Below are positions 51,701 to 63,060 of a stretch of DNA of 64,000 nt, one piece after another. The notes under the pieces were generated by a model, which saw only the letters and a program-made list of their open reading frames with translations, had not been told where the DNA came from and ran no database searches. The stretch lies in contig CM060732.1 of NCBI GenBank assembly GCA_030704615.1, positions 15,810,001 through 15,874,000 of the forward strand, written 5' to 3'. Position 1 is the stretch's first letter. Every line of letters starts with the position of its first letter. The translations under genes and the position numbers were made by a program. Origin of the DNA: Takakia lepidozioides. Taxonomy: Eukaryota > Plantae > Bryophyta.

Positions 51701-54300
51701 CCAGACAAAAGTTAGATGGCTTGAGATTTGGAACTCGGATCAGACGGTGAAGGATCTGAATCAGTTCCCAAAAAGCACAATCCAGCCTGGCACAAAGGTC
51801 GAGGGAATAAGTGACATTGTTTTTTATCAGTGGCTTCACAAGGCCACATTTTGGAGTCAGGTATTTGTGGATTCAAGTGCCTATTGTATATGAATTATCC
51901 TATAGCTTTGTCATGCGCAATTCTGATACATGTTCCCATTGCAGCTGGAGAAACGCGCCATTCTTGTCCTGGAGCATAATTTGAAGGACTTGAATATTTC
52001 GATGGTCTCACCACCACAGATGACCTTGGAGGCGTACATTAGAAAGTGGAAAGGTCTCACGTGGCGGTATTGTTTCTTCCACGAGTTCTCCAAGGATGGC
52101 AACATATTGAGGTCGAACAATTTTGACAGTCAAGTTGGAGGGGAGTGGGCGATGATGCATGTTGTGTACAGGTGCAGTACCTTAAGCCTATCCATCACAT
52201 TCTTTGAAATTTTGTCATGCCTCATTAAGAAAAGCTTAATATTTCTTTTCTGCTACATAGCAGTTTGGTGATGGTCGGTACCGATCATCACTTCCACTAC
52301 TCTGATATTCTCCAGTCAAACAAATGAATACTGCAGATCATGTCCATGTTTCCATTCTTAATCCTGCCTCTATTATCATAGGGAGTTTGTTTCTGATGAA
52401 TGAAGTGATGGTCGGTGCCGACCATCACATTTCCCAGTTGTGCAGTCTACATAATCATAAGGATTTGCCAACCCATGTTAAATTCTCTCTCATGTGAAAG
52501 TGATGATCGCCACCGATCATCACTTTCTGCTGTTTTTTGATATCTTGTTTTGGGGGTGGTGTTTGTTTGAGCCTCCGCAGGTACACTAAATATGTGCTGA
52601 TGGAAGGAAAACACCTGAGTGGAATCCCAGATTACCTGGACATGTGGTCCGACCCTGCCAACGATCCCACCATGTACACAGCTGGTATCTTGAGGGACTA
52701 GAGTCCTGCCCACTTCAGGGACTGTGGATGGTACCTCGACTGCCCTCCAGAACACACGACATTTCAAGAGCAGCATATGAAGTATTTGAACAACCATGCG
52801 GAAATGCTGGCACCTTTGAACGACGAAGAGTACCAGAGGAACATAGCTTCATTGGCCACCAAGGAGCCAGACGCGCAGGCAACTCCACAGAAAGGCAGGA
52901 AGGGGGGTCGCAAGGTGAAAGATCCAAAGGCTCCCCTCCAAAGGGAAAGACTCCATCCTGGAACAGATTCGATGAGAACTACTGGAGTTGGGTATTCGGG
53001 TTCTACAATAATTTCCTTTCAGATGCAGGAACGCTTTTGCTCTTCTAGTCATGTGACAAGGATAGTCGTAGGGGACTGGCATCATACATGAAGTCGTCTG
53101 GGTTTGAAATTCTGAGAACATGGAATTGTGTGAACATCCTGTACTTTCTGAAAGGTGGTTGCCCTGGACAGCTGGTATGGCACCGCCCTCCTCTGAACTG
53201 TTTCCCAATGTCTTTTCAGTTGTTTCTGCTGGCTTGCTCTACCACCATCTGTGATGATCGGCACCGATCATCACAAATACATTCCATTGTAGTTTTCATT
53301 TGCAGTCCATGTTTTGTTCTTTCCTGCGCCAGACTTCCTTTAATATTTCCATGTCTCACCCCTACCTTGCATCTTTTCCAGACAAGGATGTTTGAGGGAA
53401 TCTGCCTGAGGAGGATTCGCACCTCCAAAACACCATCCTCCGTTCGCAGCTTTGAAATTTCCGACCAGGGGTGTTTCATCAACCCTCCATATGAACCGCA
53501 TGTGGATGACATGCTCTACAATTTCATGCACTCCAGTCAGACAGCCAAAAGACCAGATGGGTTTCCGTGGAGAGGTGCAAGGGAGAGAATCCCAACGTTC
53601 ATGCAGACGCTCTTAGAGTCATGCAGCCACCATTCTGCAAGGGTGGTCGACCTCACACTATCCACATGTTCGTTGGTTCAATACTGTTCCCATTTTCAAG
53701 GTCTTTCACTTTGCATCTGAATATGCATCTTCTACAACCTTCTTGAGACTTTTTGTCTTGGCAGGTGCGACTTACCGTGCTTACAAGGTTGGCAGGAGAA
53801 GCCTTTTTGGCATGGAGGGCGACACCGAACTATTCAAGAGTGTCCTCCTCCCTCTTGTGTCTAGCTCTACGTCTGGCACACAGACTGAACAAATTCAAAT
53901 CAGAAATGATGAGGATACCGAGGATAAGTAGATCGACAACGACTTTTCATGTGAGTAAGTCGGCCATGGAATTGTCATTCCAGCTTGGATGCTTGTTCAA
54001 TTTCGCAGACATCAAATTTGCAATAATAACTATTATCATGCTGTGACTTGCAGGAACAGTAGCGATGGATCTTCAAGAGAAACCCCCATTTGTGCCAAGA
54101 TTGTTTTCGACAGTCCCCTTTCCACTTTTTTGCTTCCTGTCTATGCCGAAGCAATGGCACTTCAAATGGCCGAGGCTCTATCCCCTGACTTCTTATTGCC
54201 CGATCACAGGAGTAGCCATTGTAGATCCGGAGTTCTTAAATTCTTGGACTTGGATGCAGAGGACACGGGGATACATTGTACTGACTCTGAGTCACACTGA
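48701..54300 (+). pseudogene. Gene A: spliced ParB-like + beta-class N4/N6 methyltransferase-like protein; decayed
   Basis: ParB-like IPLCRM...VRP...KLE.DF..GY...MFYV[WDG]NHRLLAW, with an apparent 8-nt loss at ~50891 removing WDG. MTase-like PSWN...WSWVFGFYNNFLSDAGTLLLF*...GFEILRTWNCVN and PWRGARERIPTFMQTLLESCSHHSARVVDLTLST|.ATYRA...GRRSLFGMEGD. Several GT-AG introns. Confidence 0.7.
49231..53274. repeat. 17 copies of a 24-bp palindrome GTGATGRTCGGTRCCGAYCATCAC, all in predicted introns of gene A
   Basis: Starts at ~49231, 49338, 49455, 49539, 49604, 49751, 49835, 49900, 50045, 50129, 50195, 50229, 50325, 52268, 52405, 52500 and 53251. Nine lie in three ~295-bp tandem units. Confidence 0.93.
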
Positions 54301-54786
54301 ACTTCATATTTTTAATGTTCTGTTTATATCCTATTCGGAAATGATTGAATTCCCTTGCCTCATTGCAATTGTTCCGGCAGAAAAGAAAATGAAACAAACA
54401 ATCCACTCGGATTCAAATGTCAATCTTCATGAATCCATCCCACAAACCCCTCACAATTATTCAACATCCATCCCACATTCATCCATCTGCTTGCATTGTT
54501 CCCACACATCCATATATTTCTCATCCACTCTACATTCATCCATCCTGCATTCAACTGTTGCTTTAAGGCGGGGATGACCACGTCCTTTTATTATTTTGTC
54601 CAACTTGTTTCCGCGGTTGAGGGTGCTCTTCCGCGGAAATACACTCTACTTCTTACTTGGCGCGCATTGACGTGGCGTTTAAACTCGATGACGTGGAGTG
54701 AGCCCGTTGACGTGGCGTTCGCTCAAGGTGACGTGGCGTGAGCGCTACTGCGCTCACGCCACCAGGCTCACGCCGAGGCATCCCTG

Positions 54787-56766
54787 TTTTTGTCCAACGT
54801 TTCGTTTCCGTCACCTTCTTCCTGGTTTTGCTCTGTCTCCAGATCTCTTTGTCCGTCATCTTCATCGTCATCGTCATCGTCGTCGTCATTTTCTTCGCCA
54901 TTGTGCCTGTGGGTCTCCTGCCCTCCCAATGTGTCATCACCAACCTTGGTTCCGTCCTCATTCTCCGTGTGGAGGAGTGTGTAGTTAGTGGCAACCTTAT
55001 TCGTGCATAATTTCTTTTTCAGGTTGTGATTTATATCAAGGACTCGGACGTTCCTAGCCTAAAAAAGATACCAACCATTGAGTAAATAGAATGAACGCAT
55101 GATCGCGCGAGGTTCCAAAGATGTGTTTTAGAAATGGAAATGGAAAAGGAAATCGAATTGGAAATGGAAATGGAATTGCTTACGTGGAGAGCCGATGTTA
55201 ACATTACGCCTCCAAAAACGTTGACAGCCGCCATCCCTTCGCCACAGAACAAGGACGCAATGTAGTCGCTCGACTCTGCCCGCAATTCGTGTTCATAAAC
55301 GGCACAATCTTTCTCGTGTTCTGTGAGCTCAGTGTCCGGAGCCTTAATCACTGGTTTAATGTGGCTGAACATCAGCACTCCCTGCTGTAGCAGGAAATAC
55401 GTAATCAAGGCACATGAGTGGCCTTGAAAATGACTTTGGCCGGCTCATGTAAGGATTGTCGAACTCTCCAGGAAGATACAACCCCTGAAGCAGAATATAC
55501 TTGTCCCGCCCCTCGCCAAACCTTATGTATGAAACTAGATTGGAAGAGGACCTTTGCGTCGAGAAGAAAACAAATGCATTGGGACTGAGCTGATGTTCGC
55601 AAAACGCAACGAAAATATTCTTGTAATTTTTTTGCATGAAAACAGTTGAGTCATCGTCACAGACTGTGTTGACGAACACCATTGCGATGTTATTGAAATC
55701 CCTCTTTCTCACAATTTTCAACTGTGTTTTGGCATCCGTGAACCTCCGCTTCCCTCCTATGCACTGGTAATGTGACTTGAAGGTATCCTCGAGGTTGCCC
55801 ATTTCCTTCTCCATGTCTTCAACCCTTTTTTTACATGAAAGCACGTATTTGATGAAAGCGTCACTCACTTTCTCGGTCTTCATATTCATGTTCACTTTGC
55901 TTTTCATGTATTTGGCTCCCAGTTTCGATCGGAATGTCTCGAACTCCGACTTGTTGAACTTGTACCTTTTCTTCACTTCGAGCCATTGTGCTTTTGTGTA
56001 CGGCTCTGGATGCTGCTTGCTCCTGGCATCAAATCCCAATACCACCATGACATCATCGATTATAAACCGCCTGTCCTTTATTCGATCGATGTAATCGGAT
56101 AGGCAGAGAATCTTGGGGGTCTTTTCCCTTGTAAGGGCCATGAACACAGATCTTCAAGTCCAAAATCTTCTGCGCAACCTTCTTCATTTGAAGGGGGTTC
56201 AATCCTTGGAGTTTGCAGACTGCAGATTTTGTGAGGTGCGATTGTACACCCTTGTGCTTCTTTCCGTTAATGTCCAAGAGGTTTGCCTTCTCCCGCTCTC
56301 TGAAAACCTCCTGCCACTTCTCCCAAACAACGTCATTGCAAAGGACCAAGGTCATGGCCTCCTTAACGCTAAGCATCTCCAATATAAGTTGTGAGACTTG
56401 CAAAAATTCCTGGTCAACAGGAACAGCATGTCAAGCCAACACACAACAGGGACACACAGTTCTAGTGAATGTACAACAAAACATTAAACAATAAAAGAAG
56501 TCTAAATAATTACCTTCCACTGAACTGTTTCAGATTTGGAAACGTTATCGTTGAATTTCCTGGGCTTCCCCCTCAACTCATAGTACATCTTGGCGTGAGC
56601 AATTTTCTCCGGGAATGTTGTGTCGAATTTTTGGGCTTTATTTGGGTCGTTCAGGAGCTTAGAAATCTTCAGCAATCGATTATTGCTATCTGACCAGAGG
56701 ATAATTGATGGCCATTTGGCGTAGTAGTCCCTCTGCTCCCGGCCAGTAATCTCCTCCACAAGTTCC
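54787..56766 (-). pseudogene. Gene B, 5' part: putative ParB-like C-terminal half + degenerate methyltransferase-like fold + acidic region
   Basis: Exons 56766-56514, 56409-55184 (two frameshifts) and 55058-54787. YYAKWPSIILWS...LLKISKLLN; ELRAESSDYIASLFCGEGMAAVNVFGG..LTSALH|ARNVRVLDI parallels MTase motifs X/I/II; poly-Asp follows. Confidence 0.55.
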
Positions 56767-56854
56767 TGATTTGGAAAATGTTACATCGGCATAGAATTGA
56801 ACTAGAAAAGAGCACACGTGATCGCGCGTGCTTGCTTATCATGCTATGCATCTC

Positions 56855-57412
56855 TTAGAAACAAGTCGTCGATGCATCTGATATAAGGTGGCTAAAGTAT
56901 CCTATTGGTGAGTATTCTGGGGATCCCGGAGTATACCCTGGCGATGAGGGTGTATACTTTGGGGATGCCGGAGTGTACTCTGGGGTTGAGGGAGTGTACT
57001 CTGGTGATACGGGAGTATACTCCGGGGATCCGGGTGTATAATCTTGGGTATCTGGCGTATACATAGCGCATAAGTCATTTGATTCCGCCGATACTTCAGC
57101 TACAGGATCTCCGGAAGACCCTCCACAGTATTGTTCTAGAAAATAACTTAAAGCTGCTGACCCGGGAGGAACGTTGCAAAAATATACTATTGGTGAATAA
57201 TTGTCCTGATCGTCTGATTCAGGGGAGTAGGTGTCAGTCTCCTCTGTGGATGGAATTGTAGAAACTGGAGATGATATCACATGAACTCCTTCGGAAGGTC
57301 CCGTTATAATAACCGCAGCTCCGCATTCACCTTGTGAGGAGGGTGAAAGCGTTGCCTTGTGTCCGGCATGTTCCATCTCCTTCTCCTCCTTCATCGAACA
57401 CGAATCCACCAC
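56855..57412 (-). CDS. ORF with RNA Pol II CTD-like heptad repeats
   Basis: [52 protein letters not shown], with 21-bp periodicity at ~56900-57062. Confidence 0.6.
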   Translation of the reverse strand: MVDSCSMKEEKEMEHAGHKATLSPSSQGECGAAVIITGPSEGVHVISSPVSTIPSTEETDTYSPESDDQDNYSPIVYFCNVPPGSAALSYFLEQYCGGSSGDPVAEVSAESNDLCAMYTPDTQDYTPGSPEYTPVSPEYTPSTPEYTPASPKYTPSSPGYTPGSPEYSPIGYFSHLISDASTTCF

Positions 57413-57829
57413 ACTGGAAGAATCATCAAGAACTCGTGCTCAATTACAGACTGTACAAAAAGGATACATGCGAAGAATGCGCGATCGCGCGATCGCGCGT
57501 ATTTGGTCCACAATTTTCCCTCCAATAACGTAAAATCCGATTGTAAGCAACAACGAGATTGCTAAGCATGGCGAACAGAATCCATATACATGACTTTGTT
57601 CTTTCAGTCATATAAGAGTATCCTGACATCTATTATCCCAAGAAAATTCTTCTGAGCTGTAGGAACATCAGAACCACGCGCGATCACACGTTATTGAGTT
57701 GAGGCACAGATGAACTAATTTCATCCCAATGCGAGAAGTCTAACGGAATGACTATTAAAGTACATTGAGAACATTGAGGATTATCTAGCTGGGATATTTA
57801 TTTATATTTAGAATAAGACTGAAACGAAG

Positions 57830-58700
57830 AAGTCAAATTCGCGCTATTGCGCAAGGTTCAATAATTGCATAATCCTTAAAATTGAAAACAATAAGTTTAC
57901 TGTCGTACTAATGAATGATTTCTTCGACCCCGTACAGTTTGGTATTAGCTACTGTTCGTTAGTTCTCCTGTAGGTGACGACTTGCACTGAATGAAGCACG
58001 CGCGATAGCGCGCGCACCTTTAAACCATTCTTGGACATCACATCTTCACTGTCTAATCTGAAAGAGTGCTCGACATAATCGATGAACAACCTAAACGATG
58101 TTGACGACAAGTAATATTTCAAATTGCCCTGGATTTTTGGATTGATATTTGGATACTATAGTATATTATTGTGTCCACACTGAACACCTCCGCCCATCAT
58201 ACATAAGAGTGACAATGCCACCACATATAGGAATTATCATACTTTGTGTGCATGGCAAGACAGATAAAGTGCGGCGGAAGATTTTAGTTGACATTGTATA
58301 ATGTGAACTAATGTCTTCCGAAACACTTTACAGTTTTGAGTGTGCACTCAGACATATCCTCATATGTGTCATCTAATCATCTGGGTATCAATGGTGTTGT
58401 TGTGGTCGATAGAATACAAGTACCAACTAAATGAAGCACGTGCGATCACGCGTGCTTCTTCACGACATTCTTTCGCATCACATCTTCAATTTCTCATCCA
58501 ATGCAGTTTACTATGGAGTCAAATTCGCGCGATTGCGCAAGGTTCAATCATTGCATAATCATTTTAATTGAAAACACTGAGTTTATTGTCCTACTAATGA
58601 ATGATTTCTTCGACCCAGTTTGGTATTAGCTACTGTTCGTTAGTGCTCCTGTAGGTGACGACTTTTACTGAATGAAGCATGCGCAATCGCGCGTGCTTTG
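57830..58700. repeat. ~190-bp direct duplication (57830-58015 / 58517-58697)
   Basis: agtcaaattcgcgc.attgcgcaaggttcaat...agtttggtattagctactgttcgttagt...gtaggtgacgactt occurs twice. Confidence 0.85.
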
Positions 58701-59167
58701 TTCAGACCATTCCCTTGCTGAAAGTGCTTACTGGCCTCGCTCCAAGTCCTAACTAAACCATGTTTCACAATACTATCATTGAAATAAACACGGGCGATCG
58801 CGCGAGGTTTCTCTACGGCTTACGAAATCACTAGGAATCCCTATTTCGAGAGGCACGTAATGCAAATCATGGAAATAATGTGCATAACCGAATCGAGCCA
58901 AAAACACAGTTCGGTATCCAGAACTGTACATGGTAAAATGAGTTCACGCGCGATCGCGCGTGAATGGACTGTGTCATGGTACCTATACTGAGGCCTACAC
59001 CATAGGCTGCAAAACCTAAACAGTTGCCAGCTGTACCTACGAACCCTATGAAATCGAAATTTCTCATGTCTCGAATCCAGAGTCGTTCCTCAAGGAAAAC
59101 GTACATATCCCGAAATCTTCCACAATTCCCAATCCTTCTATCGACCATCCTACCTCTTTAACCTTGG

Positions 59168-59260
59168 AATCAATCCAAAAATCAAAACAACTAATCAAAA
59201 CAATCAAAACAAACAATCATTCGTTCAAACAATCAAACAATCAAACAAACAATCAATCAA
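59168..59260. repeat. (aatcaaaac)n-like microsatellite
   Basis: Directly visible. Confidence 0.8.
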
Positions 59261-61322
59261 GCATGCAACTTCTACATTCCTGCAATCTCTGCAGCCCACG
59301 GAAGAATCCCTCATTGCATGCACAAAGAAGACGGGAAATTTTTTTACTTGCTTGATGCCATTTCAGGCAAGGATCCTCCCTGCAGGGCTGGATGAGCTCT
59401 CTCACTTGGGTGCGCACAACAGCTTCCGGGATAGCGTACTCTTTTGTTTTGCCCTCCTTTCACTCTGTCACACTCCCCCGCACACGGTGAATTGCTCAAA
59501 CCCACACTCACTCCAACTCACGCTCCCTTGATCTCTCACTCTCTCGCTTCCTCGATCTCCACCTCTCTGCCTCTCTCGCTCAGTCGCTCTCTCTCGCACC
59601 TCTTCCTTGAGTCCAAAATTGAACAGGGGTTCCGCGTGTATCAGATGAATGCAAAAGGAGACTCCTTTCGGTCACTCCTCCTTATATGCCTTACCACCTG
59701 TGATCTCAACCGTCGGCGTTATGTCACATCCGACGGTTTGTGGCCTCGATGCATGGATGAATGAAAGGCGGGATGTTTCCCAACGGTTCGCTGAGGACCC
59801 CTAAATTTATGCAGGTACAATCAATGATGCGACATGACTGTCAGTAATGAATGGACTCCACTAGTTTGTCCAGAGCGTTACGGCGCGGCAATCCGACGCC
59901 TTCATAAAGTGAACACCCTGGAATTATTGCGGGTTCCCGTGACGGCGCTCATCCATGAGGGTAGTTGAATCATCCACTAGGGCCGTCATCTCATCCAGTA
60001 TACCTGTCTTTCATCCACGAAGGCTCTTAATTTCATCCAATGATAAAATATTATTCATAGAATCAATAATGAGGTGTCGGGACGTGCATCTGGGATTTGA
60101 TCGGTCTCACGTTTTCTCTACCTACACCTCATCTACGGCCCCACGTTCATTGCGGCTACTTAATGTCACCTTGCCATAGATGGCCGCCGGCTCATCACAA
60201 TGGCCTTAAGAGGCGGCCACTTTCGTCGCCGACTATTCCTTCTCTTGTATCATTAATTCAACATTGGATTTGCTGCTTCTCTGGTGCTTTGGATGTCAGA
60301 TTCTAGATCTCGAATCAGTTAATTATTCGCATTGGACGCAATAACTTATGGACCCATTAATGTTCGGTGGATTTCAGACTCCTACTTGAATTTATGCTCT
60401 GGAGGACACATAATAGCCACTAGATTACACGAAAGAGCATATCCAGGGCGATAATTTGTCGATCTATGACACTCCAAACACACCTCTGTAATGTGAACAC
60501 GTCGACCTCATACTGTTTGACAATCCGTATAAGAGCCTGCCCTGTGCACGCATGCCATTTTTTCCCTCTCAGTTGCTTTGGCTCGCTGATCTTCAGGACT
60601 GTCTGTTTTACGTTCATTCTTCCCTTTATACTCCTGTCAATATTGAGAGCCTCTCCACTTCATCTGGGTTTCTCTTCTGTCTCTCTGCTCCTCTGTTCCC
60701 ATCCACTGTCTGCAAAGATTTTACATACACACCCGACCGTTTTATGTACTTCGAATGATCACTCGCACTACAGCTGTTTCGTTCATCCATGTTTTCATTT
60801 ATTCATCCATTTTATTACTTGTCATCCGAAACTCGTCTACCATTATTCATCCATCCTTCATTTCATCCATCTGAACCACACGCGAACGCCCATCGATGTG
60901 GTTCTATTTATGTTATGGAGTCGTAGATAATGTTGTGCATTCGGGTCGTAGCTTTAGCAGATCCTTTAATTTTCTACAAATTTCTGTTTCAACCAATAGA
61001 GACCTACGTTGTACATTCTAGTACATTATCCGAGAGTCCAAGTTCTATTTTCAATTTCCAAATCATTATAACCCTAAACGCGGGCGATCGCGCGAGGTTC
61101 CGTTTCATCTTCATCCTCAGTTTTTCTAAACAAACTTCAGTAACTTATTGTTTCACTCTTTCTTAGTGTCCATCGATATAGTGCCGAATCACTAAACACC
61201 AGAATCTCTACTGTAGGATACACGCGCAATCGCGCGAGGTTCGTGGAAATGTCGTTGTTCCAAACTGGTCAACAAGTTTTCCTCACTCTTCAGGGCTCGA
61301 CCTCTATCGTCGCAACAACATA

Positions 61323-63060
61323 ATGTCTCAACGTGACTGGTTGCGGAAGTTGCCATGGACGACAGCTAAACGGTTCCACAATATCTGTTGTTATAGTGTC
61401 TTGCGATCCGGCCATTCTTCTGTGTCGTTGCCATATCCGCACATGGATGCGGACTCTTTGGGAGAAGCAATTGGAACACCTGTCGTTTGGGATGTGGTGC
61501 AAATTCAAAAAGATAATGGGACTGACACCAACACCAACAATGAGGTTCCTCGGTTCTCGGAGGTCGAATTGACATCTGCGACTGATTACCATCCAAAATT
61601 CAATGAACAAATTGAATCTGACATGTCAAGGCCGTCTCCGAATAACGATGTTGCTATGGGTAGAGACAGTTGGAGAAATAAATTGTGTATTCTCCTTGGA
61701 GATGAACAAAGTGCTTTGTACGAGGGCAGAATTCAAGCATGTCATCCTAACGAGGTGATACTTTGTGAGAAAGTTGGAGAACATCACGTCAGGGCGCTCG
61801 TTACAAGGATTTTGAATGGCGGTTCGACCAATCTCATGTGTCTCGTGAACTGGCCATTGACGCAGACTCGGTTGATTGATAGTGGCAGGACATTGTCACA
61901 TGAGCTTCATAGGTTCATCAATAGCCGGGAACAAACAGATAGTGGTCACAACGAGATAAGTGTGAAAAAAGCAGCATACCGACATTTCAACAGACCAAAA
62001 AAAAATCCGAAAAAAGACAATTCCAAAAAGATAAATACTCGCCTCTCTCTGCAGGCAGTTCGAGAAGTCAGCAGCAAACAATGTTGTAATTTACAGTGTT
62101 GCCAATATTTCGACTGGAGAAAAACACTCGTTATCCGGAACGCTTATTGGGGATCCTCTTACGACGAACGGAGAGAGCTCGGTTTTGATGTTCCCAAAAG
62201 ACTTCATCAAATCGACGGGGTTTCGACAAAGGCCTACATAACCATTGAGGGCGTTGATGTGTGTGAGACAGCTTGGTGGACAATTCACGGAATCGGTCGT
62301 TCAACCTACATGGAATACAAAAAACTAAGCAGAGAGGGTGTGGTTATATCGTTGCACGGGAATTCCAGAGTGAAACGGCCCCGTCCACAAACTCGTCAAG
62401 CTGAAGGAAACTTAATGTCGATTATAAACGGAAATTCCGATCTCATGCCTCATAAGACCCATTGTATTGGAGACGGGCGGAGAGATACTCTTCGAGTTCT
62501 GCCACCTGAACTAAACTGGAAAAAAATTCGTGAGGAGTGTAATGAGGTCAGTTCTTCTTCTTTTTACCACTTTCCGAATTCTATATTTTTTGGGACCTTC
62601 CCTGTTTTGCTTCTACGCAATGTATCAGACCTCTCACTATCAAAGCTCGGGCGATTGCACGAGGTTCATTTCCCCCTGTCTATCTTGCAGACGAATAAAA
62701 TATGTGGGTTGAAGCCTATATCCCAAGCAGCCGTCAACAGAATCAGACAACGGATTTTTCCCAATGTCGAGGTTAGAAAAAGTGGTAGCACGTTTGCCAA
62801 ATGCACAGACTGTGAGATGCTCAAAGACCTAATCAAGAAGTCGGTCAAACGTAGCGATGAGCAGGCCTCGCACAAGAAAGCACTTGAAAAGCACCTCAGG
62901 CTTCAGGAATCTTGCAGGGGACTCTATCACAGCTAGAGGAATGAGTTAGCTATGATGCCGTCCGCGTTCCTCTGTATCATTCATGACAAGATGGATCATC
63001 GGAAAACAACTATTCCAAGGTTGCAGACGACGAACAAGATGGACTCCGGCTTAGGTCAGC
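61323..63060 (+). pseudogene. Sola-like (DUF7869-type) DDE transposase, N-terminal part; interrupted by an LTR element
   Basis: CC...CC, VCETAWWTIHGIGRST, HGN, DLMPH, FPNVEVRK..TFAKCTDC, H......R.LY, IIHDKMD..KT.IP. In-frame intron at 62547-62690; TAG at 62934 (probably from TGG); the frame continues to GLGQL at the LTR junction. Confidence 0.72.

Larger units (their letters stand above)
35288..54786. mobile_element. 19.5-kb segment with Mutator-like termini (9-bp TSD, imperfect TIRs), containing nested elements
   Basis: TSD tttttgtcc at 35279-35287 and 54787-54795. The ends caacgacgcaatggcgtgagcc and (reverse complement) cagggatgcctcggcgtgagcc align in register (16/22). Both ends carry a gcgtgagcg..cgctcacgc hairpin and tgacgtggc repeats. 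Excision restores a reading frame. Confidence 0.78.
55097..62665. repeat. About 14 dispersed copies of an 18-bp palindrome CACGCGCGATCGCGCGTG, plus one at ~34533
   Basis: Variants at ~55097, 56814, 57479, 57675, 57838, 57997, 58437, 58525, 58678, 58789, 58946, 61079, 61221 and 62648; intronic or intergenic. Confidence 0.88.

Noticed and set aside
53481-53492. NPPY as the catalytic motif IV of an adenine MTase
   Set aside because: It lies after the motif VI-VIII-like segments, in the variable region. In beta-class order motif IV should precede PSWN (~52950), so this is probably coincidental unless intact homologues conserve it.
57900-60620. Additional decayed minus-strand genes in the Sola-like element (~58060-58400, ~59900-60500)
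   Set aside because: Coding-like but riddled with stops and without recognisable motifs.
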